Source of the DNA: Octopus vulgaris
Lineage: Eukaryota
DNA length: 64,000 nt
Reading direction: 5' to 3'
Assembly (NCBI GenBank): GCA_951406725.2
Contig: OX597819.1
Location: 33,418,001-33,482,000 of the forward strand
Below the pieces are notes generated by a model that did no database searches, was not told the origin of the DNA, and was given only the letters and a program-made list of their open reading frames with translations. Positions 13,943 through 27,800 of the stretch are shown here, one piece after another. The position numbers and the translations under genes were made by a program. Every line of letters begins with the position of its first letter. Within the stretch, counting starts at the first letter, position 1.

Positions 13943-15603
13943 GTCATTAAGAATGAAATGGCCAATTTTGAACTGAAAATTTATTTTACTTTATCTCAAG
14001 AAAAAGCAATGCACTTAATAATAGTATGCACCTAAATTATCAACACAATTTTGCCATTTTATTGGTAGATTATTTATGCTGGCAGCGAAGAATTCTGTAG
14101 AGCAAGAGGTGATGAAATCATGAAAGACTGTTTTTGCATCTTCTTCAGAATGTAAGTTTTTCACTTTGCGAAAAGTTGTCTAATGCCTGGAAAACATGAT
14201 AGTCAGCTGGTGCAAAAACTGGTGAATATGGTGTATGACAGAATAATTCCAAGTTCAGTTCCTGTAACTTGAGTAGTGTTTTTTGTACAGCATGTGGTTG
14301 AGCATTGTCTTGCAAGAGAATTGGTTTGTCTCTATTGACCAATCTCAGTTGTTTAAGTGCAAGTTCACTCATCATTTCATCCAATTGGTTGATGTATACA
14401 TCTACTGTAATTGACTTACCAATTCTCATGAAGCTGTAGTGGATGACACCAGCACTGGCCTACCAAACAGACGCCATTAGCTTTTTGGGGTGAATATTCT
14501 GTTTTGGATTGTGTTTTGGCACTTCGTCTCTATCCAACCACTGTGCAGAATGCTTGCTACTATTGTAAAGAATCCATTTTTCATCACACATATCAATACG
14601 ATGCAAAAATGGTTCACTTATGAAATGACAGCAAAGAACAGCAAGTTTCAAGATAACGTATCATTTGATGCTCGTTCAGTTCGTGTGGTACCCACTTGCC
14701 CAGCTTCTTTACCTTGCCGATTTGATTCAGAGGGTCCAATACTATTGGAATTGAAGCATCAAACCTTGTTGCTAACTCACTCATAGGTTGAGACGTATCC
14801 ACTTCCACTCATTATTATCCACCTTGGTCTCTGGTCTACCACGGAGCTGATCTTCAAGAGTAAAATCACCAGACTGGAACTTCTCAAACCATTAACGTGC
14901 AGTGCACTCGTTTGCTACATCTTCACCAAATGTGGAAGCACTCCGTCGGTTACGACGATGAGGTTTCCGGTTGATCCGAATCAACGGAACAGCCTGCTCG
15001 TGAAATTAACGCGTAAGTGGCTGAGCACTCCACAGACACGTGCACCCTTAACGTAGTTCTCGGGGATATTCAGCGTGACACAGAGAGTGACAAGGCCGGC
15101 CCCTTGAAATACAGGTACAACAGAAACAGGAAGTAAGAGTGAAAGTTGTGCTGAAAGAGTACAGCAGGGATCACCACCATCCCCTGCCGGAGCCTCGTGG
15201 AGCTTTTAGGTGTTTTCGCTCAATAAACACTCACAACGCCCGGTCTGGAAATCGAAACTGCGATCCTATGACCGCGAGTCCGCTGCCCTAACCACTGGGC
15301 CATTGCGCCTCCACTAATCTTCACCAAATACCTCATTGATGTTTCAAGCTGTCTAGGATGCATTGGTTCCACGACGGAATTCAGATTCATAAACAATGCG
15401 AATTTTTGATCTTTCCACAGGTTCACAAAAATTGATTTACAAGAGCAAACTCACAATATAATCAGACACCATGAATTGCATTTCGAAATGTGATGATGTA
15501 ACTCTTCAATGTTGTAAAACAAAGAATTGACAGGATAAAGCATTAGAGTTAATGACTGTCAAACTTGGTGCATAAGAAAATTAGTCATTTTATTCTTAGT
15601 GAC
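13943..15603 (-). mobile_element. Decayed mariner (DD34D, Tc1/mariner) transposon interrupted by a SINE
   Basis: Frameshifted transposase pieces with WVPHEL, DEKWILY, ILLQDNAQPH and PYSPVFAPADYHVF motifs; imperfect TIRs gtcattaagaatgaaatggccaatttt (13943-13969) / aaaattagtcattttattcttagtgac (15577-15603). Confidence 0.92.
14933..15313 (-). mobile_element. tRNA-derived SINE, family C (young)
   Basis: Head ggaggcgcaatggcccagtggttagggcagcggactcgcgg; TSD atcttcaccaaat (14919-14931 / 15317-15329) inside the mariner. Confidence 0.92.
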
Positions 15604-15648
15604 TTGGTGTCCGTGTGTGTGCATGTGTGTGTGTGTGTGTGTATGTGT

Positions 15649-15680
<32 letters not shown>

Positions 15681-15851
15681 TTGTTTGCCTTTATTACCGT
15701 TTTACAACCTGTTTTTTTTTTGTTTATGTGTCCATAACATAGCAGAAGCTGATAAAATACCAGGATTTAAGAAAGGGTGATGGAAATGATGATTGAGTTA
15801 TCATCACTGAATATACACTCTGAGCCACCACATTGTAAAAATAAGACTATA

Positions 15852-16131
15852 TCTGTTTCATTCATTAAACTGAGGCCATGCTGGGGCACCACCTCAAAGA
15901 ATTTTTAGTTGAATGAATTGACCCCAGTATTATATTTTTGTAAGCCTGGCACTTATTCTATCAGTCTCTTTTGCTAAACTGCTAAGTTATAGCGATGTAA
16001 ATACACCAACATTTGTTGTGAAGCAGTAGTCTGTGACAAACACAGACACATGCTTTCCGAAATCCGCCGAAACTACACCTGATTATATATACACTTTAGA
16101 TGAGTTGTAGTGCACCTGAGCACTGTACACA

Positions 16132-16181
<50 letters not shown>

Positions 16182-16367
16182 AACAACACACAAACATAGA
16201 TATATCTATGATGGGCTTCTTTCAGTTTCCGTCAAACAGATCCACTCACAAGGCTTTGTTTGCCTCTGAGGCTATAGTAGAGGACACTTGCCCAAGGTGC
16301 CATACAGTGAGACTGAACCCAGAATCAAGTGGTTGAGAAACAAACCTCTTACCACATAGCTATGCCT
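15852..16367 (-). mobile_element. SINE family A with internal insert
   Basis: Family A copy carrying a foreign ~130-bp segment ending in (ATT)n at 16050-16180. Confidence 0.8.
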
Positions 16368-16478
16368 ATTCATTTACATGCATCATGTGTACAAGTGTAT
16401 ATGTTGGTATATTCATGTAATTTATCATATTTTATACATATATACACATATGTTTATATAGTTATGCATATGTTTATA

Positions 16479-16634
16479 TAGGTGTGGCTGTGCGGTTAGA
16501 AGGTTGCTTCCCAACCACATGATTCCAGGTTCAGTTCTGCTGTGTGGCACCTTGGGCAAGGGGCTTCTACCATAGCCTTGGGCCAACCAAAGCCTTGTGA
16601 GTAGATTTGGTAGATGGAGACTGAAAGAAGCCCA

Positions 16635-16681
<47 letters not shown>

Positions 16682-16960
16682 AATGATAAGTATATATATG
16701 TGTGTGTGTATATGTATATATATGTATTTATCTGTGTGTGTCTATATGTCTGTGTTTGTGTACCCCTCCCCCATTACTGCTTGACAACTGTTGTTGGTGT
16801 GTTTACATCCCTGTAACCTAGCAGTTCAGCAAAAAAGACCAGTAGAATAAGTACTAAGGCTTTAAAAAAAAAGAAGCCCTGGGATAGATTTGAGTAAAAC
16901 CCTTCAAGGTGGTGCTCCAGTATGGCCACAGTCAAATGACTAAAACAAATAAGAGAATAA
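16479..16960 (+). mobile_element. SINE family A
   Basis: Full-length copy, head-to-head with the 15852 copy. Confidence 0.85.
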
Positions 16961-19064
16961 AGGAAAATGTTTACATTGGTGTATGTATACCTAAACCAAC
17001 ACACACACACACATACAAACACATATTTATATCTAAAAATGTATATATATAGAGAGTATTTTTTCAAGAATTGTTGATGTTCCGAGTGTATATGCTCTGA
17101 TATATACTCAACAACTTCTGCTTTCATTTCTCCCTCTCTCTCTCTTGCTCGTCTCCTTCGCATCCAACTGTATGCATCTCCGACAACTTAAAGATCATTC
17201 TCATTGATGCTATTTGCACAGGAATCCCTATCTCATATTTTGAAGGAATTATTATTATTCTTCTTCTTGAAGATTTTTACACAAATCTTTGGTGCATTAA
17301 GCTTACATTAATTGCACTCGGCACTGACGACGAAGATTCCCTACAGTAAACAGACTCACATACTTTGTAATTTCGTCAAGCCCTGTGGCTCTTTCAAAAC
17401 AACTTCCCCCCCCACCCCCAAAAATATCCCACCGCTCCCACCCACTACCCTGCAATTTCACAACATCGCAGCAATGCATGCATTAGCCAGCGCCAGTTTT
17501 CTGCATCCTCAGCAATACCATCAGTTTTAATATTAAAGGGCAGTAATTGTTGCATAAAGCTAGTTCACATCAGAGACATTATATCTGTAGTTGGTGATAC
17601 ATGTTAAAATGGGAGGATATGAAGCATCCGTAAAGATGGTGATAGTCGTGGTGGTGGTGGTGGTGGTGGTGATAGAGATATTAATGGTAGAAGTGATGGC
17701 GGAGATGATGGTGATGGTGATGGTGATGGTGACAGAGATGTTCAACTGTGAGAGTGATGTATGTGGCAGTTAGTCGTGGCAGTGGTGGTGATGCGAGTGA
17801 ACACGGAAAGCAAAACAAGAGCTGTTTATGGAAAGAATCGGTAAGCGATGGGGAGGCAGGCACAAACCTGTTCAGCTAAAAACATCCTGAGGTGATCTGT
17901 CACCAATTTACTACTTATTGGTAAGGATTTTTTTTTTTTTTAATTAGACACAAAATCATTAAATGAAAAGCAGTGTGTGGGGTCAGGGTGGGGGTTTGGG
18001 AAGGATTGAGAATGGGAGGGATAGAATTTAAATTAAATTTTAAGAGTTACCATATCCTTCTTTGGTTAAACAATGAAGACTATGATAAAAACAAACACAA
18101 AACAAGAAAACAATAACAGATTTGAAATGCATTAAGTTTACAACACATTAAACAGAAAACAAGAAGCGAAGCAGCAGTCGGCAGCCGGAGTTGGGGGTGA
18201 TGGTCGGGGGAGTAAGAATGTAAGAAAGTAAGAAAATGTATCACAGTTCTCTGTGAGAAACTGCTCTTTTATTATTATAAGGAGAACGCTAGCACATATT
18301 TTATCCATTTATCATTACTTAAGTGATAATTGATATTACACCGAAGGCTGAGTAATGAGTTGAGAGAAACGATAGAGTGCTGAACTTATAATATTCATTT
18401 AAAACCCTATCTGTAATTTTAGTTTGCATCACCTGATTATCACATCATTTGTCTTTCACTCTTTCCTCCTCCTCCTCCTCCTGGGATGACAAGGCCAGTC
18501 CCAGTAAGATATTGTGATCATTATCACGATCATCACCATTACCATGATGAGGATTCTGATCATCATCATCATCATCGTTATTATTGTATAGCGTCCACTT
18601 TTGGAATTTGCCGAGGTGAATGATCTATGGTTGGATGCCTTTCCTGCTGCTAACCTTTACTTGTTTCCAAGTAAGATAATGTTTCCTTGTGACCAGACAT
18701 GTTTTCACAGAAGATTGGGAATGAAGGATGCCACTTGTATGATGGTGACACTTGTTTACAATTATCATGTAATGTCAAAGAAAGGAGATAGTAACAGCCA
18801 CACACAAACATTCATACATATATCTATTCACACACTCACACATTCATACATATATGTATTTGCACACATACAAACATTCATACACATATGTATTCCCATA
18901 CACACACATTCATATGTATATATATTCACACACACAAACATTCATACGTATATATATATTCACACACTAACATTCATACATATATATGTATATATATATA
19001 TGTGTATAGCTGCTCAGTGCCTCTCCGAAAGAGAGAGAGGGGATATATATATATATATATATAT

Positions 19065-19341
19065 AATAAATATTAGGGAATAAATCCAAATTTACAGGGA
19101 AAAAATCAGATTTAGGAATAAATCCAATTTTATAGTAAAATATTATATAATATTAATTCGAGACAAAACCACTTCATAAATTGAAACTGATTTGAAAATC
19201 GGAAATCCACCTGACGAATGTCATTTGAAGACATGAAACGATTGTAGTGGCGGTTTATTTACTTTATATTAAAATTTTATGTATTGATTTAGTCTTTCCT
19301 TGTTTGTTTTGCAAAATAGTGGTTTTGTCTCGAATTAATAT

Positions 19342-19347
<6 letters not shown>
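19065..19347 (+). mobile_element. Penelope-like element remnant (inverted-repeat-flanked hammerhead cassette in (TA)n)
   Basis: 30-bp perfect inverted repeat TATATAATATTAATTCGAGACAAAACCACT (19144-19173 / 19318-19347) around a hammerhead; (TA)n on both sides. Confidence 0.65.
19207..19250 (+). ncRNA. Minimal type I hammerhead ribozyme motif (intact core)
   Basis: CCAC-CTGACGA-ATGTC-atttgaa-GACAT-GAAA-CgattG-TA-GTGG: stem I CCAC/GTGG, core CUGANGA, 5-bp stem II, GAAA, short near-palindromic stem III, GUA cleavage triplet. Confidence 0.85.
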
Positions 19348-19374
<27 letters not shown>

Positions 19375-20273
19375 TCACACACACACACACACACAGAAAA
19401 ACATTCATGCATATATTTATTTACATACACACACACACAATCACATATACACACAATGAGCTTCTTTCAGTTTCCATCTACCAAACCTAATCACAAGGCT
19501 TCAGTTGACTTGGGATGTAGTAGAAGAAACTCACTCAAGGTACCATACAGTGGAACTGAACCCAAAACTATGCAGTTTGGAAGCAAGCTTCTTACCACAA
19601 ACCATACCTTTGGGCTATTCCCTCTGTCTGCAATCAGCTGTTATTTGTAACAAATTACAGAAACAATTTTGTTACTAAAATACAAGTATTTTGAATATAT
19701 TGCAGTAAACCTAAACAGACACAGTGACACAGCCTATTTGTTTTCATGTGTCCCCAGTGCAACATGAGATCTCTGATAATTCATTGCAATTAACCTGAGA
19801 CTGTCTAAACATCATTTTATATTATATTTTTAATTCATCATTTAACTAAGTCTTTTTCGTGTTTTAAATTCTCAATGTGATAATGATTCTGAAAAGACCT
19901 AGAGTATTTTATCAACATGAAACTATGATGGGAGAAAAAAAATGCATGCAGAACCATCCATTGAATGGCTCATTCAGCATCTATGCTTTTTTTTTTTTTT
20001 TTCTGTGTTGGATTCATGTTTATAAAATGTCTAATCTAATTTAGTTTAACTTAATGACAAAGCTTAGTTTAAATGACAATTGTAAGAAAGCTTCATAGAA
20101 TGTTTTTTTTTTTCTTCTATAAAACGAAGAAAAGTAATACAGAGAATTTAAAGTACAAAACACAAGGAAAGTATGTTACGTGAGAAAATAAAAACAGAAC
20201 TGACAAAAGACCAAGCAAGCAACAAATGGAATTTCACTAGCACATACACACAGACACACACACACGCGCGCAT

Positions 20274-20340
<67 letters not shown>

Positions 20341-20819
20341 CACACTCACTTACACAAACTCTCTTTCTGGATAAGCAGACCTCACATGTTGTCATATTAA
20401 ACAATGCTGCCCACACATTCAACAAAAGTTAAACAAATATTTTTGGCTTTACAAATAATGCTAGAAGCACTAAATAATTGATAAACCAATCATCAGACAT
20501 TGTCAAAATGACATCTCCAACTAAATTTCTGAGAAATATAGACCTCTGGAATTTCCCCCCTCTTACAGACACAACTCCACAGATGCAGAAGCTGGAAACA
20601 TCATCATCATCATCATTTAACATTCATTTTCCATGCTGGAGCACCGCCTTTAGTCGAGCAAATTGACCCCAGGACTTATTCTTTTTAAGCCTAGTACTTA
20701 TTCTATCGGGCTCTTTTGCCGAACCGCTAAGTTACGGGAATGTAATCACACCAGCATCGGTTGTCAAGTCGATGTTGGGGAGACAAACACAGACACAGAA
20801 ACTTACACACACACACACA

Positions 20820-20880
<61 letters not shown>

Positions 20881-21060
20881 GTTGGCTGGTTTCACAGAAG
20901 CTGACCAGCTGAGGGCTGTTCGGGTTCCATGTCTGTTTTGGCATGGTTTCTAAGACTGGATGCCTTTCTTACCACCAACCATGATGACACCACTGCTGCT
21001 GCTGCCAACAACATTGAAAAATACCTCAGGAATGAGAACCCAGGTTCAAAATTTCCCCAA

Positions 21061-21106
21061 GACACCTGATGAAGGCTGGGGAGTATATCAGCCGAAACAT
21101 TGTGTT
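21061..21106 (+). ncRNA. Minimal hammerhead ribozyme motif (stem III probably mutated)
   Basis: GACAC-CTGATGA-A-GGCTGG-ggagtata-TCAGCC-GAAA-CA-TT-GTGTT; stems I and II pair; CA where CG is expected. Confidence 0.75.
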
Positions 21107-21382
21107 AACAACAAACAAGATGAGGACAAATATCTATCAAATGTAAATAATGTAAATAATGTAAATAATTCCTCATCTCTTAAATATTGAACTGCATGTA
21201 TCAGGTAATTGCCCCTATACAAGCAGTGGAAATGCTCAGCTAAAATATTATCTACTTTTTCTAATATCACATGAGTAATTAATAATGATTAAATAATAAT
21301 TATTATGATGAAATTAAGGGAATAATTGCTCAATTTTAATTTGTGAAAAACTGGAAAGAAGAGGTAGCAATTAATCATGTAT

Positions 21383-21607
21383 ACTCTTTTATTCTTTTAC
21401 TTGTTTCAGTCATTTGACTGTGGCCATGCTGGACCACCGCCTTTAGTCAAGAAAATTGACCCCAGGACTTATTCTTTGTAAGCCTAGTACTTATTCTATC
21501 GGTCTCTTTTGCTGAACTGCTAAGTTACGGGAATGTAATCACACCGGCATCAGTTGTCCAAGTGATGTTGGGGAGACAAACACAGACACAGAAACTTATA
21601 CACACAC

Positions 21608-21654
<47 letters not shown>

Positions 21655-21824
21655 CATACACGACAGGCTTTTCTCAGTTTCCGTCGACCAAATTCACTCA
21701 CAAGGCTTTGGTTGGCCCGAGGCTATAGTAGAAGACAAATGCCCAAGTCGCCACACAGTGGGACTGAACCTGTAACCATGTAGTTCATAAGCAAGCTACT
21801 TACCACACAGCCACTCCTACGCCT
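21383..21824 (-). mobile_element. SINE family A
   Basis: Full-length copy. Confidence 0.88.
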
Positions 21825-21879
21825 ATATACAGTATGAACACAAGGAATTTGAGAGATAGGGACTGAAACTAGCTTTGTA

Positions 21880-24240
21880 GTTAGGTGTGGGAATCCTCAA
21901 CTGTGATTTAACAATGTCACTAACACCTTAGCTTCTAGGCCGTGTGGTGAAAATATAAAATGTAAAAGCCATCTAATAGTGTGGTAGACAAATATATATG
22001 GAATAACTTTACATTAAGGAGTGGAACGTACAATTTTTCGTAAGTCAGACACCCATGTGGTCTCAGCAGGCAAAATGGAAAAGGCGTTGCCCCAGAGGAT
22101 GGTGATGGAGATGTGCTGGAGAAGTCACTCTAACTCACAGGGCTCACACTTGCAGACAACTATGTGTGTCTCGATAGCAGGGAACAGGGATATGGTCCAG
22201 GAGCCAAAAACGCTGGAGATATCAAGTGCCACAGGCTTGACCATGAACCTGTCAGAGAGCAACCAATAGCTTGACAAACAGCAGAGCCTGGACTGCTAGC
22301 TGAACACAACATGTTGCTGCTGAAGAAGGTATCACAACATGTGGCATCCTAGATTAGGGGACGGGGCGTACCATCACAGAAAATTGTCATGCTCTCAGGC
22401 ATTTTAACATCCCCTCAGTCTAGCTCTGCTGACTCGAGTTGGGAAGAGAAGCCTGTGGCATCTACACCATTCTTAGACAAGCAACAAGCATCCTATTGAG
22501 CATCAGCAATGAAACTGCCTTCTGGCAAGTATGATGGAAGTTACATATAGAGAGATTGTACAGATGCTAGGGTGAAGGTGTGTAGAAAGAAATGTGTTTG
22601 AGAGATGAAAGTGAAGAAAGCTTTGATCAGACTCCACAGGTACAAATTCTTCTGGTTGGTTAACAAGGCTGGAATGGGTGAACTAGGCACATTGTTGTCA
22701 ATGAAATTGTACAATGCAATAATTGAGAAGCTCAGACTAGTTGTAGATGACAGTAGCCGTGATCTGTCACTATATGTACTGCAGTCAGGTTTGATAGGTG
22801 AGTAGAATCTTACAGATTAATATAATAACAGACAACAGTGACGTTAGAAAATTACTATTTTTAAATCTCACGAGAGATATTCAGCAACAGTACTTTGTAG
22901 TAAAGATTGTTTGCCAACATAACATATTTGAAAATGTAAGGGCACAGATCATGTTGTATAGCCAGCTGGAGACGATGTCTCCTGGGGCTAAATTACAGCA
23001 ACATTCGTCCTAAACCAGGACTGCCATGTTATGTTGGCAAACAATCTTTTCAACATTAACATCGTTAACATTATGGGTAAGTTAAGTAGACATGTTCGTC
23101 AACACCAGGATGATTATTCTGATAAACATAAAGGCTATGAATTGGAAGCACTCCGTCGGTTACGACGATGAGGGTTCCGGTTGATCCGAATCAACGGAAC
23201 AGCCTGCTCGTGAAATTAACATGTAAGTGGCTGAGCACTCCACAGACACGTGTACCCTTAACGTAGTTCTCGGGGATATTCAGCGTGACACAGAGAGTGA
23301 CAAGGCTGGCCCTTTGAAATACAGGTACAACAGAAACAGGAAGTAAGAGTGAGAGAAAGTTGTGGTGAAAGAGTACAGCAGGGATCACCACCATCCCCTG
23401 CCGGAGACTCGTGGAACTTTTAGGTGTTTTCGCTCAATAAACACTCACAACGCCCGGTCTGGGAATCGAAACCGCGATCCTATGACTGCGAGTCCGCTGC
23501 CCTAACCACTGGGCCATTGCGCCTCCGGGCTATGAATATGATACAAGGTAAGAAGAGGGAGCGAGGCCATTTGCAACACTAACTTTAAAAAGCCAACCAG
23601 CCACTAGATCACATGTAAGCCAATAAACTTTACATTTTTAAGGAGGGTAGGAAAGACAGAAGTTTGTGAATACTAAGTCTTTCTTCATTGAAAAATTGTA
23701 CCACACAACATAGACCAGAAATTATTGACTTCAGAGTCACAGACTCAGGGATATAAGGCAGGAAAATCTGGAGAAGGAAGGTATGGAAGCTGAAAGATTT
23801 CTCAGCCAGACATAGACTCAAGGAAGTACTGGGTGACATATATAATAAGGAGAGGTTGGTAAAAACGCCAAACTTGCTATTTTCAAATTGGTTTTCATGC
23901 CTCTCCTCACCTATGGTCATGAATGTCGGGTTATAACCAACAGAGTACCATACAAGTGGCAGAAATGAGGTCCCTCTAGGGTAATATTCCACTAAATTCA
24001 TCAGGTATTATGGATACATGTTTAGAGTGCCACAGAAAAGAATCACAAGATATTCTTCAAACTGAGCCAACCAGCAGGAGACCTAGGGGTAGACCAAGAA
24101 CAAGATAGTTGGATAATAATTACTAGTAAATCTTGGAAGACCATAGATTTGCATCCAAAGAAATTGTGTGAAATGCTGATGGTGGTGCAGCATCTGTTGT
24201 GGCTACAGAAGCTCACACAAGAGCGGCAGTCACACATACA
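21880..24240 (+). mobile_element. Highly decayed RTE-clade LINE
   Basis: C-terminal remnants KNAKLAIFKLVFMPLLTYGHEC..., QVAEMRSL, YYGYMFRVPQKRIT, RRPRGRPRTR at ~23860-24110; 5' boundary approximate; interrupted by the SINE at 23143. Confidence 0.6.
23143..23526 (-). mobile_element. SINE family C (young)
   Basis: Near-identical to the 14933 copy; TSD ggctatgaat (23133-23142 / 23528-23537). Confidence 0.92.
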
Positions 24241-24537
24241 GTGACTGCATTTCAAGGAGCTCTCTACCAGTCCTACTGGTTTTTTCCTTTTGTCTAGTGC
24301 ACTATTCTTTAGTGATAAGTTCCTGTCCTTCTTCCCCTCACTTCATCCCCCTTTTGCAGCATGTGTCTCCAGTATGTAGCATCATTTGTGACCTCTTCTC
24401 ATCTCAGGACGTCTAGATCTATTCACTTCATATCTCTCTGGCAAACATCCTTGAAACGAAGATAAGGTCATCCTTGTGCTCTTGTGTCAGTGGATAATAA
24501 TGATAATATAGTTGGATAATATCCATAGTCTCAGTTG

Positions 24538-24840
24538 TGGAGGCACATGGCCTAGTGGTTAGAGCAGCAGACTCGCGGTTGAGGAATCATGGGTTCGAAT
24601 CTAGACCGGGCGATGTGTGTGTTTATGAGCGAAACACCTAAGTTCCACACGGCTCTGGCAGAAGGTAATGACCAACTTCTGCTGACACTTTCGCCACAAC
24701 TTTCTCTCACTCTTTCCTCCTGCATCTTGCAGCTCACCTGCGACAGACTGGCGTCCCATCCAAGTGGGGAACCTATATGCCAAGGAAAGCGGGAATTCGA
24801 CACTTATGAGCCAGGCAAGGCTCGATAAGGAACAAACAAA
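24538..24840 (+). mobile_element. SINE with family C head and an alternative tail
   Basis: C-type tRNA head; tail cacctgcgacagactggcgtcccatccaag...atgagccagg (also at 1-110); 13-bp TSD atagtctcagttg (24525-24537 / 24841-24853). Confidence 0.85.
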
Positions 24841-27800
24841 ATAGTCTCAGTTGGTCACATGGGGGAATCCAGCCTGAAAGTCTAACGAACCCTATGGATG
24901 AGGTGTCTGAGGACTCTACTCACCATGACCTTCCCAAGAATAGTGGGGGGGGGGGACAAAATGGAAGGGTAGACAGAAGAGATGAGACAACCTATCACAA
25001 GTCACGGATCAGATTTATGGATGTGGCAACATTCAAGCCAAGTGGTGCAGTGCAAGAAAGGAAAACTCATTGACAGAGATTTTTGATGCTTATTAAAACT
25101 AACATTTGGGTAAAAAAAGGCCAAGTATATTAATCTAAGTGGAATGAGCCTGAAGAAGAGGAAGACCATGTAAAATATTGGAAGAAGTGGTGAAGGTTGG
25201 TCTCAAGAGGTTGAAGCTCATGCAGGACATGACAAGGTTGTATAACAAAGGGCAAACACTGTGCTAAAAATCTGTCCAACAGAAGGTTATGGTCGACCTA
25301 AGATTATAGTATGAAACACTTGTCCGAGTTATCCCTCTGTGGATTTGAACCCAGGATGATATATGTTTTATTTTTAAAACCAAAAATACTTCAGTGCAAC
25401 ACACACATACACACACACACACATGAAGATGGGAAAGAGAGGAAGAGTGAGAAAGCGGAATACACAAAATATCTGTGTGTGTGCATGTGCACACACACAT
25501 GCACACACGCACGTGCACACACACACACACACACACACACGCCCGTACACACACACACACACACATGCACGTGCACACACACACGCACACACGCACGTGC
25601 ACACACACACACACACACATGCATGCACGTGCACACACACACACACATGCACACACTCACGTCCACACACTCTTAACTGAGCTTTTGGGATAGCAAAATT
25701 ACAGATAATGAACTTGTACTATATTAACATAGTTATTTCAACATTGCATTTTGCAGTCAGTTACACACGCACACACACACACACTTGCAGATATAGACAT
25801 ACATATTAATAAACATACATATTTATAAACATACATATTTATAAACATACATATTTATATATATTTATATTCACATTTACGCAGAAAAAGACATGTAAAT
25901 AGATATACATACATGCACACTGGCAAATATACACAAACATACACATATATATTCATACATAGAATGATATGTAGACAATATATATAAGAGAGATATTGAG
26001 AGAGTGAGAGAGAGAGAGAGAGAGAAAGAGAGAAGTATATCAGAGGGAGAGACAGAGAGTAAGATATATAAGAGAGTGATAGACAGAGAGAGTAAAGTAT
26101 ATCAGAGAGAGAAGAATATACAAGTATATTTAGGAAGGGAGAGAGTAACTGTGAAAGGCACACACACACACACACATACACAGAGCTAAACAGAGCAACA
26201 AACTGACAGACTGACACAACACACAGACACAGAAATGAAACACCCACATTTTCAGTCAGGCAAACTTACATACAAATTACACATACAGGTGCCCCTGCCC
26301 TCTTCTGCACGCACAGACACACACACACACGCACATATATATCTATATATATATATATACATATATACACATAGCCACGTGCACAGGTACAACCCCTCCC
26401 CTCACACACACACAGACACACACGCTTACTGGCTTGCTCTTAATCAGCAGTGCACGCACACACATACACAGTATTTGAAGCCAAACAGGCACACACACAC
26501 ACAAACACACACTCACAAATACTTAGGAGACACATATACAAAGAGGTGTGTGTGCATCTCTCTCACTCTCTCTCTTTCTCTTTCTCATTAATTGTGTGTG
26601 TGTGTGTATGTTTTTGTCTAATTTTTAGAATTCCTTACAGAAAGAAGGAGCTGATGTCTAACAAAAAAATCTCGGACCTGTCTCTAGAATTTAAACAGCA
26701 ACAGTGATAAATGTTACATGTTGAACTTTAAAAATGTCTTGAATACTTTCATTGTTCCACTTACAGATATACTTATATCTGTAAAATGTGAGTTAGTGAT
26801 TCCCTTTCTTTACTTGAAATACTTAACTTTTGCAGATTGTCACTTAAACATTTACTAACATGGCCAAGACCATTAACAATTACTGGTATATATAGTAGTT
26901 AGATTTATAGTGTGAAAGTAAATATTTTAGGGTGTGTGTTTGCGTGTATGTGTGTGAAGAATAGATGTGTGCCTGCATACTGATGTATGTGTGTGTGTAT
27001 ATGTATTTATAAGGGAACAATGGAGACTGTATGTATGAAAATACCAGTGAGTGTCCACAACTAGGATCATAATGACCTGTTGAATCCATCCCAGAATAGA
27101 AAGTGCATGCACAAAGTGGTGGTTGTGGTGTGACACCGAGGACAAGTGTCTTCTGTTAAAGCCACAGGTTGACCAAAAACCTTGTAAGTGGAGTTGGTAG
27201 ATGAAAGCTGAAAGAAACCTGCTATCTGTTTGTGTAAATACATATGCGTATACGTGTGTATATATGTGTATATATGTGTATGCATGCAGGTGTCGCTTTG
27301 TCTTGATATCATGTATTAACTGCAAATGAATTTTACCAACAAGCAAGCAATGTCTTTCATTTCTTTCGTTTCCAATTATCTGTGAAAAATACACATCTGG
27401 CCATAGAGAAATATTACCTGGCTTGGAAACAGGTGAGGGTTGGTGAAAGGAAGGGGATCCAGCTGTAGAAAATTTTTGTTTCAACAAATGCTGTCTGATC
27501 CATACAAACACAGAAAAGTGGGTATTGAAACAATGATGGCGGTGGTGATGATGACGGTGGTGGTGGTGGTGGTGGTGGTGGTGGTGGTAATGGTGGTGGT
27601 GATGATGATGATGATGTACATGCGTGCACATGTAGAGGAAGCATGAAGAAATATGCAAATAAGTGTTAATTAATGATGTGTCGTAAAATGAGTTCTGCTA
27701 TAAATAAATAGTTTATAAATAAATAAGCATTGGGTTACAAACCCCTTGGAGATGAAAAAAAAAAAAAAAGCAAGCAGAAAACTTTCTGCTTCTCAACCCC

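Noticed and set aside
14145-14808. Functional or domesticated transposase (SETMAR-like)
   Set aside because: Broken into several frames with stops and interrupted by a SINE; no SET domain.
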